Assembly (NCBI GenBank): GCA_963675525.2
Contig: CAXXSL010000001.1
Coordinates: 274,755 to 338,754, forward strand
Reading direction: 5' to 3'
Source: Anaerohalosphaeraceae bacterium
GTDB taxonomy: Bacteria > Planctomycetota > Phycisphaerae > Sedimentisphaerales > Anaerohalosphaeraceae
Length of the DNA: 64,000 nucleotides
The translations under genes and the position numbers were made by a program. Numbering within the stretch: the stretch's first letter is position 1; every line of letters starts with the position of its first letter. The notes below the pieces were generated by a model. The model ran no database searches. It worked only from the letters and a program-made list of their open reading frames with translations, and was not told the origin of the DNA. This document shows positions 1-9,117 of this stretch, piece after piece.

Positions 1-868
1 TTTTACCAGCGAGGGCAGGGTGGATTTCCGCGAACTGGTTAAACGGCTTGCCAGGGAATACCAGACACGGATCGAACTGCGACAGATCGGTTCGCGTGAT
101 GAAGCCCGCCTGATCAGTGATTTTGAAACCTGCGGTCAGCAGTGCTGCTGCAGCCGCTATCTGAAAATTCTCGAACCGGTCAATATGCGGATGGCCAAAT
201 TGCAAAAGGCGACCCTGGATCCGTCAAAGATCAGCGGTCATTGCGGCAGGCTCAAGTGCTGTTTACGCTATGAAGATGAAACGTATATGCAGTTGAAGGA
301 TAATCTGCCCAGAAAGAATGCGACCGTTCAAACCCCGAAGGGCCCGGGCAAAGCGGTTGATATGCACATTTTGACCCAGTTGGTTGTGGTACAGGACGAA
401 TTGGGAGACCGTAAGGCTTGGCCGGTGGATGAGATAAGTTTTCCGGGCAAGCCGGCGGTTGTCAAAAAGACCCCTGTGGAACCCGATCGTGCCGAGGATA
501 TCATCGACGGCGCGATGGGGGAGTTGGATGTCAGCCGGGTTGATTCCGGGATTGTCGCCGAACTTGAGGAAATGGCTCAAGCGGAACAAGCACAGGTCTC
601 GCCGTCGGAACCGGATTTGCAGAGCCCGGAAACCGGACCTAATAACAATGCTCCAAAGCAAACGGACGGACCGGGTCAAAAGGACGATCAGGAACCGTCG
701 CAAAATAAAAATCGACGCGGCGGAAGGAATCGACGGCGGCGCTCGAAGAATAAGAATCGAAACCCGAATAGTCCGCAAGGCGGAGGCAACCAGGAGAATA
801 GGCCAAAGTCATCAGGCGGCAATCAGACTAATAAGCCCAAACCATCGGGCGGGAATCAATCACAGTAG
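1..868 (+). CDS. ricT: PSP1-domain protein (RicT/YaaT family), 5'-truncated by window edge, with long disordered Arg/Asn-rich C-terminal tail
   Basis: Motifs RIELRQIGSRDEAR, CGQQCCC, KISGHCGRLKCCLRYE typical of the PSP1 C-terminal domain; frame open from window start. Confidence 0.85.
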   Translation, partial: FTSEGRVDFRELVKRLAREYQTRIELRQIGSRDEARLISDFETCGQQCCCSRYLKILEPVNMRMAKLQKATLDPSKISGHCGRLKCCLRYEDETYMQLKDNLPRKNATVQTPKGPGKAVDMHILTQLVVVQDELGDRKAWPVDEISFPGKPAVVKKTPVEPDRAEDIIDGAMGELDVSRVDSGIVAELEEMAQAEQAQVSPSEPDLQSPETGPNNNAPKQTDGPGQKDDQEPSQNKNRRGGRNRRRRSKNKNRNPNSPQGGGNQENRPKSSGGNQTNKPKPSGGNQSQ

Positions 869-886
869 CGCGGAGATAGGACATCT

Positions 887-2896
887 ATGCGAAAATTAGT
901 TGTAACATCGGCCTTGTACTATGCCAATGCGCCAATCCACATCGGGCACCTGGTCGAATCCGTTCAGACGGATATCTGGGTGCGTTTTCAAAAGCTTATG
1001 GGTAATGAATGCCATTATTTCTGCGCCGATGATACACATGGAACACCTGTTATGATCAGCGCTAAAAACGAAGGTGTCGAACCGGAAACGCTGATTGCGA
1101 GAATTCACGGGCAACATCTGAAGGATTTAAATGGTTTTCAGGTTGAGTTTGATAATTACTATACGACGCACTCGGAAGAAAACAGGCAACTGAGCGAAAT
1201 GATTTTTAAAGGGGTTTCCGAAGCCGGGGCGATTGTCCAGAAGGAAATCCAGCAGGCCTATGATGAGCAGGAAAAGATGTGGCTGCCGGACCGTTATATC
1301 AAGGGCACCTGCCCGCGATGCAAGGCACCGGACCAGTATGGCGATTCCTGTGACGCGTGCGGGGCGCACTATCAGCCGACGGAGATGATTGAACCGGTCA
1401 GCGCTGTTAGTGGCAATCCGCCGGTGTTGAAAAAGAGCACGCATTATTTCTTCCGGCTGAGTCATTATGAATCACAGCTTAAACAGCTTTTTGCTAAAGG
1501 GTATGTGCAGGACTCTGTAAAAAACAAGCTTGACGAATGGTTTGAAGCGGGGCTAAAGGATTGGGATATCTCACGGGATGGGCCATATTTTGGTTTTAAG
1601 ATTCCCGGCGAGGAGGATAAATATTTTTATGTTTGGCTGGATGCACCGATCGGGTATATGGCCTCCTGCAAAAACTGGTGTGATAAGAGTGGGAAGGATT
1701 TTGAGCAGGTTTGGAATAGCGGCGAGTATGAGATTTGTCATTTCATTGGCAAGGATATCATGTACTTTCATGCGTTGTTCTGGCCGGCGTTGTTGTTCGG
1801 TGCCAATCTGCGGACGCCGAATAAATTGTTTGTGCATGGATTTTTGACGGTCAATGGCAAGAAGATGAGTAAGAGCAAAGGCACGTTTGTGATGGCGAGA
1901 ACGTATCTGAATCACCTTGATCCCCAGTACCTGCGGTATTACTACGCCTCCAAGCTCAATGGCGATGTGAGTGATATCGAGTTGAACACTGAGGATTTTG
2001 TCAATCGCGTCAATTCCGACCTGGTGGGCAAACTGGCCAATCTGGCGAGTCGTTCCGGGCCGATGCTGACCAAAAAGCTGGACGGGATGCTTGGCTCACT
2101 GGATGAAAAGGGTAAGTTGCTGATCGACCAGTTGATCGCCGCAAAGGCCGAAGTGATCGATGCGTATGAAAGTCTCAATTACGCCGCGGCGATCCGTCGT
2201 ATTGCGGCACTGGCCGACATCTGTAATCGCTATGTCGAAGAGCAGCAGCCGTGGGGGACCATTAAGACGGATGTTGAAGGCACGCGGACGACGCTGACAA
2301 CCATCTTGAATGCTGTAAAGATTCTGGCAATCTATTTAAAGCCCGTACTGCCCGAGTTTGCTCAGAAGATCGAGCAATTCCTGGCGGTCGATGCGCTGAC
2401 GTTTGCCGATGTGGAAACGATTCTTGAAAACCGAAAGATCAATGACTTTGTTCGTTTGATCGAACGCATAGAAAAGGAAAAGGTAGAAGCGATGATCGAA
2501 GAAAGTAAACAGGATGCTCCGCAGGCGGATGTGGCTGAACCGGAAAATAAACTGGATGAGCCGCTGGCGGAAGAATGCACGATTGATGATTTCATGAAAG
2601 TGGACCTGCGGGTGGCCCGCATTGCCAGTGCCTCGGCTGTTGAAGGGGCCAATAAGCTTTTGCAGTTGGAACTGGATTTGGGTGAATTGAAGAAAAATGT
2701 GTTTGCCGGCATCTCCAAAGCTTACAAGCCGGAAGATTTGGTCGGGCGTTTGGTGGTTTGCGTGGCGAACTTGAAACCGCGTCAGATGAAGTTCGGCCTG
2801 TCGGAAGGCATGGTGTGTGCCGCCGGACCGGGCGGAGCGGAGGTCTTTTTACTCAGTCCCGACAGTGGTGCCAAGCCGGGACAGCGAATTCACTAA
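887..2896 (+). CDS. metG: Methionine--tRNA ligase with C-terminal tRNA-binding domain
   Basis: HIGH and KMSKS motifs, Zn knuckle CPRC...[17 protein letters not shown]-terminal OB domain ([10 protein letters not shown]...[15 protein letters not shown]). Confidence 0.98.
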   Translation: MRKLVVTSALYYANAPIHIGHLVESVQTDIWVRFQKLMGNECHYFCADDTHGTPVMISAKNEGVEPETLIARIHGQHLKDLNGFQVEFDNYYTTHSEENRQLSEMIFKGVSEAGAIVQKEIQQAYDEQEKMWLPDRYIKGTCPRCKAPDQYGDSCDACGAHYQPTEMIEPVSAVSGNPPVLKKSTHYFFRLSHYESQLKQLFAKGYVQDSVKNKLDEWFEAGLKDWDISRDGPYFGFKIPGEEDKYFYVWLDAPIGYMASCKNWCDKSGKDFEQVWNSGEYEICHFIGKDIMYFHALFWPALLFGANLRTPNKLFVHGFLTVNGKKMSKSKGTFVMARTYLNHLDPQYLRYYYASKLNGDVSDIELNTEDFVNRVNSDLVGKLANLASRSGPMLTKKLDGMLGSLDEKGKLLIDQLIAAKAEVIDAYESLNYAAAIRRIAALADICNRYVEEQQPWGTIKTDVEGTRTTLTTILNAVKILAIYLKPVLPEFAQKIEQFLAVDALTFADVETILENRKINDFVRLIERIEKEKVEAMIEESKQDAPQADVAEPENKLDEPLAEECTIDDFMKVDLRVARIASASAVEGANKLLQLELDLGELKKNVFAGISKAYKPEDLVGRLVVCVANLKPRQMKFGLSEGMVCAAGPGGAEVFLLSPDSGAKPGQRIH

Positions 2897-2952
2897 GGTA
2901 ACGCCGGCATCTTGCCGGCAGTTTTGAAAAGAACTGTTTGGAATTTTCGATT

Positions 2953-3333
2953 GTGAAAAAGACGATAGAGGAAATAGCCAAAGAAGACGGTCGCTTTGAT
3001 ATGCGGGGCCTGAAGTTTGTTTTTGAGGGATTGGCGGCGACGATCGATAAATTCCGTCAACAGGAAGACCTTGAAGCCATGCCGCGTCATATCACGGGCC
3101 AGGAACTGTCCTGGGGGCTGGCCGAAGTTGCGCAAAAGCGCTGGGGGCGACTGGCGGCGATGGTGCTGGGGCAGTGGGGCATTCATTCAACGCGAGATAT
3201 GGGTGAGATCGTGTACCTGATGATCGACAACGGATGGATGAGTTCGCAGGATACGGACACGATTGAGGATTTCGAACATGTCTTTGATTTCACCGAAGTC
3301 TTCGAAAAGCAATACACGATCGAAATTCGATAG
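2953..3333 (+). CDS. Minf_1886 family (Verrucomicrobia/Planctomycetes-restricted) protein
   Basis: RHITGQEL...WG...WGIHSTRDMGEIVY...D.IEDF pattern; start uncertain (TTG 2938 or GTG 2953). Confidence 0.75.
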   Translation: MKKTIEEIAKEDGRFDMRGLKFVFEGLAATIDKFRQQEDLEAMPRHITGQELSWGLAEVAQKRWGRLAAMVLGQWGIHSTRDMGEIVYLMIDNGWMSSQDTDTIEDFEHVFDFTEVFEKQYTIEIR

Positions 3334-3338
3334 GCCTC

Positions 3339-4460
3339 TTACGCCAACACTCCGGCAATTAGTTTTTTATAATAGTCTTTCGCCTTTTCCATCTGTGCGA
3401 TTTCGATGTATTCATTGGGTTTATGACAAAGGCTTCCGCTGCCGGGGCCGAAGATGATGACGGGGGCGTTCAGTTTTTTGAAGTAGGGGCCGTCCGTGGT
3501 GAATCCGGCGGCACTTGTTTCGTTGATCCCGGTGGCCGCACAGACCGCTTTTACGAATGGGTCGTCGGCGTCTGTTTCCAAAGCGTCGGCGGCACGGATA
3601 ATTGAAATATCAGCTTTAAAGTCCGGGTCATTTCTATGCAATTCATCACAGATAGTCCGCAGGCTGGTGATAATGTCATCCCGGCTTTGGCCGGGCAGCG
3701 TGCGGATATCCAGTTCGACCGAGCAGTTGTCGGGAACAATATTGGTTCCCGTGCCGCCGGCGATGCGGTTAGTGCTCATCGAGCAGTTGCCGAGCAGCGC
3801 ATGGGGCGTGTGGGGAATTTTGTAGACTTTGAGCCGGTTCAGAAACGCATTCATTTTTTCAATCGCATTAATGCCCAGATGCGGCATGGAACCATGTGCG
3901 GTCTTGCCTTCGGTTTCGACCTTCAGCCACAGGATTCCCCGGTGTGCCCGTAATATTTCCAGACCGGTCGGCTCCGGGATCAGAATACCGATTGGATTGG
4001 CGATTTTATCGCGATATGTCTCAATAAACTGCTTAACGCCGCAACTGTCCGTTTCTTCGCCTGCGGTGGCGGTGAAAATAACTCGGCGGTTCAGTTCAAT
4101 GCCGGATTGGGCCATTTCGACGATGGCAGCGGCTGCCGCACAAATCCCCCCCTGCATATCACAGGAACCCCGGCCGTAAATGTTGCCGTCCATTTCAACC
4201 GCTTCAAACGGATCGCTGTTCCACTTGTCCGCCGAAGCCGGAACGACGTCACTATGCACACCTATTACCAGAGTCGGCGTTTCGGGGGTGTCGGGGCCGA
4301 TGGTCGCGACCAGATTGGCACGATTTTCATTCCAGCAGTCTAATTCCGCAGAAATACCATGATCGTGAAAATAATTCTCCAGAACCTGGGCCGTCTTAAG
4401 TTCCCCATTTTCACATGTCGGGGCCGTAGCAATCAGTTTTTTGAGCAGATTTTTCATCAT
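3339..4460 (-). CDS. M20 family metallopeptidase (ArgE/DapE-like deacylase)
   Basis: HSDVVP, GRGSCDMQGG, GEE, EPT, AHGSMP, GPG...HKPNE metal-binding motifs. Confidence 0.9.
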   Translation of the reverse strand: MMKNLLKKLIATAPTCENGELKTAQVLENYFHDHGISAELDCWNENRANLVATIGPDTPETPTLVIGVHSDVVPASADKWNSDPFEAVEMDGNIYGRGSCDMQGGICAAAAAIVEMAQSGIELNRRVIFTATAGEETDSCGVKQFIETYRDKIANPIGILIPEPTGLEILRAHRGILWLKVETEGKTAHGSMPHLGINAIEKMNAFLNRLKVYKIPHTPHALLGNCSMSTNRIAGGTGTNIVPDNCSVELDIRTLPGQSRDDIITSLRTICDELHRNDPDFKADISIIRAADALETDADDPFVKAVCAATGINETSAAGFTTDGPYFKKLNAPVIIFGPGSGSLCHKPNEYIEIAQMEKAKDYYKKLIAGVLA

Positions 4461-4630
4461 TGAATCCGGAATTCCCACATTAAAGAATGGATTTTACCGT
4501 GCTGAGTGTGCCATAACGAGCAAAAATAGCAAAAATGCAAAAAAATTTTGTTGCAGAACACTTTTTAAACAGGATAATAGTCTTTTCGTGCAGTTGCTGG
4601 GGGAATGTTAACAAGTTAAAAGGATATTGA

Positions 4631-5362
4631 ATGGGACCGGTTCTACATGGTTTGATAAAATTACAGCGTGTGGAAAATCGCCTCCGTGCGGTCAAGACAA
4701 AATTGACCCGAAGCCGACGGGGCGTCATCTTTCAGGAAAACCAACTCCGTACGCTGCAGAGCGGACTTGAAGCAAAGCTGGGAGAAATCAAACTGACCAA
4801 GATCCAGGTAGATCGCCTGGAACTGGAACTCAAGAGCCGGGATGAGCACATCGAAAAACTCCGCGGTCACTTAAATCTCGCACGTACCAACAAGGAATAT
4901 TCCGCGCTCCTGACCGAACTGAATACCGCCAAGGCCGATGATTCCAAGCTTGAAACGCAGGTGTTGGAACTGATGAAGAATATCGAGACCGACGAAGCGG
5001 CCTGTGCCGAACTCAAAAAGCAGATCGAAGAACAAAAGATCAAAATGGAAGAGATTCGTAGCGAGGCCGAGGCCAAAGCTTCGGCGTTCCAAAAAGAGAT
5101 CGACGATATGCAGGCCGAGTGGGATGCGGCAGCCAAGGAAGTCACCAATAAAAACGCATTAGCCATTTTCGAGCGGGTGGCGGAAACCTATGACGGCGAA
5201 GCCATGGCCGAAGTGGGAGGAGTGGAAGAGAATTCAAGCTCTTTCAGTTGCGGCGGGTGTTTTATGGGAATCCCTGCTGAAGTGGTGAACGTCCTCAGCA
5301 GTCACGACGAGATTGTTCGCTGCTCAAACTGTACGCGAATTTTGTATCTGAAAGAGGCATAA
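4631..5362 (+). CDS. Coiled-coil protein with C-terminal C4 zinc ribbon (DUF164/CT398-like)
   Basis: Long heptad coiled coil, NKEY motif, C-terminal CGGC...CSNCTRILY. Confidence 0.9.
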   Translation: MGPVLHGLIKLQRVENRLRAVKTKLTRSRRGVIFQENQLRTLQSGLEAKLGEIKLTKIQVDRLELELKSRDEHIEKLRGHLNLARTNKEYSALLTELNTAKADDSKLETQVLELMKNIETDEAACAELKKQIEEQKIKMEEIRSEAEAKASAFQKEIDDMQAEWDAAAKEVTNKNALAIFERVAETYDGEAMAEVGGVEENSSSFSCGGCFMGIPAEVVNVLSSHDEIVRCSNCTRILYLKEA

Positions 5363-5377
5363 AAACCGATTAACGAT

Positions 5378-5413
5378 AAAGCCGGCGAAACCCTAAGGGC
5401 GTCGGCTTTTTTT
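5378..5413 (+). terminator. Intrinsic terminator-like hairpin
   Basis: AAAGCCGGCG...CGTCGGCTTTTTTT stem followed by U-tract directly after the zinc-ribbon gene stop. Confidence 0.7.
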
Positions 5414-5429
5414 ATGGATTAAGGGCGAT

Positions 5430-6491
5430 ATGAGCAAACAGGTAATTATTCATACCGATGGCGGCAGCCGAGGCAACCCCGGCCCCGGGGGAGCGGGATT
5501 TACTCTGGAAGACGAAAAGGGCAATGCGCTGAAGTCCTGCGGGCTTTATCTGGGAAGAACCACGAATAATGTTGCCGAATACACCGCCATTAAAGAAGCA
5601 CTGAAAGCCGCCGGAGAGCTCGGCGCCGAATCCGTTAAGTTATTCAGCGACAGCGAATTGCTGGTGCGGCAGTTGAACGGTCAATACAAAGTCAAAAGCC
5701 CGAATCTCAAACCGTTTTACGCCGACTGCATGGAACTGTTGGGTGAGTTTAAGGCATGGCAGGTGATGCATGTGTACCGTGAGCAAAACTCCCGCGCCGA
5801 TGCACTGGCCAACGAGGCGATGGATAAAAAAGCGGACGTTCAGTATGGCCCCGCGGCGGCTGCAGAGCCCAAGGGAAAAAAGCTTCGGCTGGGAATTCTG
5901 CTCAGCGGCGGCGGACGGACGATGGTGAATATTCAGGACGAAATTAATGCGGGACGCCTGAATGCCGAGATCGTACTGGTCATTAGTTCCCGTTCGGAAG
6001 TCAAAGGCAACGAACGTGCCTGTAAAATAGGACTGGAGCCCGTTATCATTCGTAAGAAGGATTATCCTGAGCTTGCCGATTTCAGTAAGCGTATTGAAAA
6101 GGAACTGGATAAAGCTAACGTCGATCTGGTTGTTCAGGCCGGTTGGCTGTGTCTGTGGCATATCCCGGCCGATTATAAGAACCGCGTGATGAATATTCAC
6201 CCGGCACTGCTGCCCAGTTTCGGCGGGCAGGGCATGTGGGGCCATCATGTCCATGAGGCGGTACTGAAAGCCGGCTGCAAGGTTTCCGGCTGCACGGTAC
6301 ATTTCTGCACGAACGAATACGACGCCGGACCGATCATCGTCCAGCGGACCTGTGAAGTTAAGGATGATGACGATGCGGACACATTGGCATCACGCGTATT
6401 TCAGCAGGAATGCCTGGCCTACCCGGAGGCGATTCAGCTATTCGCCGAGGATCGTCTGCAGGTTTCCGGCGGCATTGTTAAACGCATTTAA
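5430..6491 (+). CDS. purN: Fusion: N-terminal RNase HI domain + C-terminal phosphoribosylglycinamide formyltransferase
   Basis: RNase H: TDGGSRGNPG, TNNVAEY, SDSELLVRQ, HVYREQNSRADALAN; linker PAAAAEPKGKK; PurN: LLSGGGRT, NIHPALLPSFGG, GCTVHF...YDAGPII. Confidence 0.92.
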   Translation: MSKQVIIHTDGGSRGNPGPGGAGFTLEDEKGNALKSCGLYLGRTTNNVAEYTAIKEALKAAGELGAESVKLFSDSELLVRQLNGQYKVKSPNLKPFYADCMELLGEFKAWQVMHVYREQNSRADALANEAMDKKADVQYGPAAAAEPKGKKLRLGILLSGGGRTMVNIQDEINAGRLNAEIVLVISSRSEVKGNERACKIGLEPVIIRKKDYPELADFSKRIEKELDKANVDLVVQAGWLCLWHIPADYKNRVMNIHPALLPSFGGQGMWGHHVHEAVLKAGCKVSGCTVHFCTNEYDAGPIIVQRTCEVKDDDDADTLASRVFQQECLAYPEAIQLFAEDRLQVSGGIVKRI

Positions 6492-6539
6492 CTGCCGGGA
6501 CAGCATGCAGGGGCCAATTGCACGGAGCTATAACAGCGT

Positions 6540-7934
6540 ATGTTTGGACAATCCATTCAGCATCGTTTATTAAAATTGAGCCGACCGGACCATATAGAGC
6601 ATCGCAGTGATCGTGCGTTATTGGTTTGGAAAGATATTCCGCACTGGATGGTGGTCGATGGGGAGATGAAGACATTTCTCTTTTTGTTCGAAGATACCCG
6701 GAATTTTTCTGAAATGATCCGCAAAAACCCCCATCTTCAGCCTCATCAAAAAGAACTGCTTGGCGTTGTTAAAGATCTGCATAAAAAAGGCGTTTTGACC
6801 AGTGTTGATGTCGCAGAGCTTAAGAATAAATCATTGAATTCGCTTTTGCCGATTGAAAACATCGCATGGAATCTTACCCACACATGCAATCTGCGGTGCC
6901 GGTATTGCTATTATGCCGACAGCCTGAATCATTCAAACGGCAGCGAGCTTTCGGCGGATGAAGTCATCAGCTTTCTTAAAATCGTCAAGCCGTTTATTTC
7001 CAAACGCGCAACCCTGACGGTATTGGGTGGTGAGCCGCTGTTGTATCCTGATAAGCTGATTGAAGTCTGCCGATTTGCACGCAAGATGCGAATGAATCCG
7101 CTGATCTCCACGAATGGGACGCTGATCGATGATGCCTTTGCCAAAGAAGCCAAGCGGATTGGGCTGGAGATTCAGGTTTCTCTTGACGGTCCCGATGCCG
7201 AAATGAATGACCCGTTACGGGGTGCGGGAACATTTGAGAAAATCCGAAAAGGCGTGGCGATTCTGAATAAGCATGATGTGCATACGATTCTCAGTATGGT
7301 GTGCTGTCGAAGTAATTTCGATTCGTTGAAAGATTTTCTGGATTTGGCAATTGAATGGGGCGTTGCCGAGGCCCGGTTTATCCCGCTTAAACAGATGGGC
7401 GGGGCCAAGTCCGAAGCGATGGAAATGGTTTCGCATTATGAAATTGTTACGAAGGCGTATCAACTGCTTAAAGCCTATCCAGCGTATCGGGATTTACTGG
7501 GGCGGGATTGCCTGTCGATTCTTGCCAATACCTGCCGGTATTCAGCCCGGCGGGATTCCTGCGGCACCGGTTTGCAGACGTTTTTGCTGGATGCCGACGG
7601 GGCGTTGTATCCGTGCCTGAATCTGAATCAACCGGCGTATGTGTTCGGTAACATCCGCGATAAATCGCTCGATTTTGCGAAAATTTGGAAAAAACACGAA
7701 TCCCTGGGTAACATTCGCACCTGCACAAGCGTCCATAATACAGAGAGGCCTTGCAGCAACTGTTTGGTGAAGTATTGGTGCCTGGGCGGATGCCGGGGCG
7801 AGACTGTGGTCAATACGGGGGATTTAAAAGCTCAAAGTATCCATTGCGATGACTTAAAAAAGACGATCCTTGAAATATTCTGGATTCTTGCGGAAAATCC
7901 CGATATGATAAAAGCATACGAGCAAATGGGCTAA
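6540..7934 (+). CDS. Radical SAM/SPASM domain protein with ~100 aa N-terminal extension (possible RRE/PqqD-like domain)
   Basis: CNLRCRYC (CxxxCxxC), GGEPLL, STNG, QVSLDG; SPASM Cys set CGTG..YPC..CSNCLVKYWCLGGC..C. Confidence 0.92.
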   Translation: MFGQSIQHRLLKLSRPDHIEHRSDRALLVWKDIPHWMVVDGEMKTFLFLFEDTRNFSEMIRKNPHLQPHQKELLGVVKDLHKKGVLTSVDVAELKNKSLNSLLPIENIAWNLTHTCNLRCRYCYYADSLNHSNGSELSADEVISFLKIVKPFISKRATLTVLGGEPLLYPDKLIEVCRFARKMRMNPLISTNGTLIDDAFAKEAKRIGLEIQVSLDGPDAEMNDPLRGAGTFEKIRKGVAILNKHDVHTILSMVCCRSNFDSLKDFLDLAIEWGVAEARFIPLKQMGGAKSEAMEMVSHYEIVTKAYQLLKAYPAYRDLLGRDCLSILANTCRYSARRDSCGTGLQTFLLDADGALYPCLNLNQPAYVFGNIRDKSLDFAKIWKKHESLGNIRTCTSVHNTERPCSNCLVKYWCLGGCRGETVVNTGDLKAQSIHCDDLKKTILEIFWILAENPDMIKAYEQMG

Positions 7935-7945
7935 AGGAGCGTACA

Positions 7946-8254
7946 ATGCAGGTATTTGGGCAAAGTTCGACAGTGCTGGCCGAGTCGAAACCTCCCTATG
8001 TTCATCTGGGATACATGTCCGCCTGTCCAAGCACGGGATTCGGAGTATTCGATTTTGAGTTATTTGGTCCCGGGGTAATTTTGTTTTTGGTGGGTTATCT
8101 GATCGCGATGAAGATCAATTACGGTTGGCTCATCGGCGGCATCGCGGGGTTGTTAAAGAAATTCGGGCTTCTCAAAATTCTGGCAGCGATTCTATCTATG
8201 CTGTTGCTTTTTGCGACCGTCTTTGTATGCTATTTCGCGTGGATGTTTGATTAA
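7946..8254 (+). CDS. Small membrane protein with N-terminal GQS/PYxHLGY motif (putative radical SAM substrate 1)
   Basis: RBS AAGGAG overlapping the rSAM stop; N-terminus MQVFGQSSTVLAESKPPYVHLGYMSAC; 2-3 hydrophobic segments. Confidence 0.75.
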   Translation: MQVFGQSSTVLAESKPPYVHLGYMSACPSTGFGVFDFELFGPGVILFLVGYLIAMKINYGWLIGGIAGLLKKFGLLKILAAILSMLLLFATVFVCYFAWMFD

Positions 8255-8302
8255 AGAAGACATGAATACAAGGACGCAAGTATACAAGGAAGGATAGCCG
8301 GC

Positions 8303-9073
8303 ATGGAAATCCTCGGACAAAGCACGAAAGCAACCACACAGCATCCTTATATGCATTTGGGATATCTGGCAGCAAGCAACCGGGATGTATTTATGATTCC
8401 TTTAATTCCCGGATTATTATTGCTTGTTTTTGGGAGCCTTCAATTATATTTTCGCAAGAAACGTTATTTCAAAGCAAGTATTGCTTCAATTATTGGGGGA
8501 CTTATATTCCTTACGATGGCGATTTCGTTTTTCTTTGATAAACCGAATATACCTTCAAGGATTCTAACCAGTATAAATTATCACGCTTTACACATATCAT
8601 TGTCAAGTTTCGCCAAAGAGAACGACAATAACCTGCCAGATTCAAAGCACTGGTGTGATTTGTTAATTTCCGGAACTTATGCAGAACCGAAATATTTCAC
8701 TCTTTCGGGTGTTAAAGAAGGTGAAAGTGCATATGCTTTGAATGAGAATGTCCTTAATCTGACATTGTCTGAAATTCCGGCGGATATGGTGCTTTTATTT
8801 GAAACCAATCTGGGGATTGAAGAGGAGCGGACAGGCAGTTTTCTTTCAAGAGATTACGTAAAGTCTTTGGGGATCGAAAAAGATCATAAGATATTCCAGA
8901 ATCGCTGGAACCAAGTTGGCGGTGCGGAGGATATTACGACTGAATATCACAAGGGAGAGGGGGCTTGTGTTTTGTTTGCCGGTGGACATTGCGAATTTGT
9001 AAAGACAGGAGATATTGCGACATTAAAATGGCATCCCGGAGAATCCGAGATGCCATTGGAAATATCTCAATAG
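8303..9073 (+). CDS. Membrane-anchored protein with N-terminal GQS/PYxHLGY motif and planctomycete-type C-terminal domain (putative substrate 2)
   Basis: N-terminus MEILGQSTKATTQHPYMHLGYLAAS; two TM segments; WCDLL, YALN, VLLFE, WNQVGG and H-X9-DG-like tail HKGEGACVLFAGGH. Confidence 0.8.
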   Translation: MEILGQSTKATTQHPYMHLGYLAASNRDVFMIPLIPGLLLLVFGSLQLYFRKKRYFKASIASIIGGLIFLTMAISFFFDKPNIPSRILTSINYHALHISLSSFAKENDNNLPDSKHWCDLLISGTYAEPKYFTLSGVKEGESAYALNENVLNLTLSEIPADMVLLFETNLGIEEERTGSFLSRDYVKSLGIEKDHKIFQNRWNQVGGAEDITTEYHKGEGACVLFAGGHCEFVKTGDIATLKWHPGESEMPLEISQ

Positions 9074-9117
9074 TGCAGGAAGTCAGAACACGCTAAAGCT
9101 TGAACTCTAACCCTGTT

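Noticed and set aside
7946..8254. Classical ranthipeptide/sactipeptide or spliceotide precursor
   Set aside because: Not Cys-rich, the shared motif has GY rather than a conserved YG, and the product is a hydrophobic membrane protein; no known precursor class fits.
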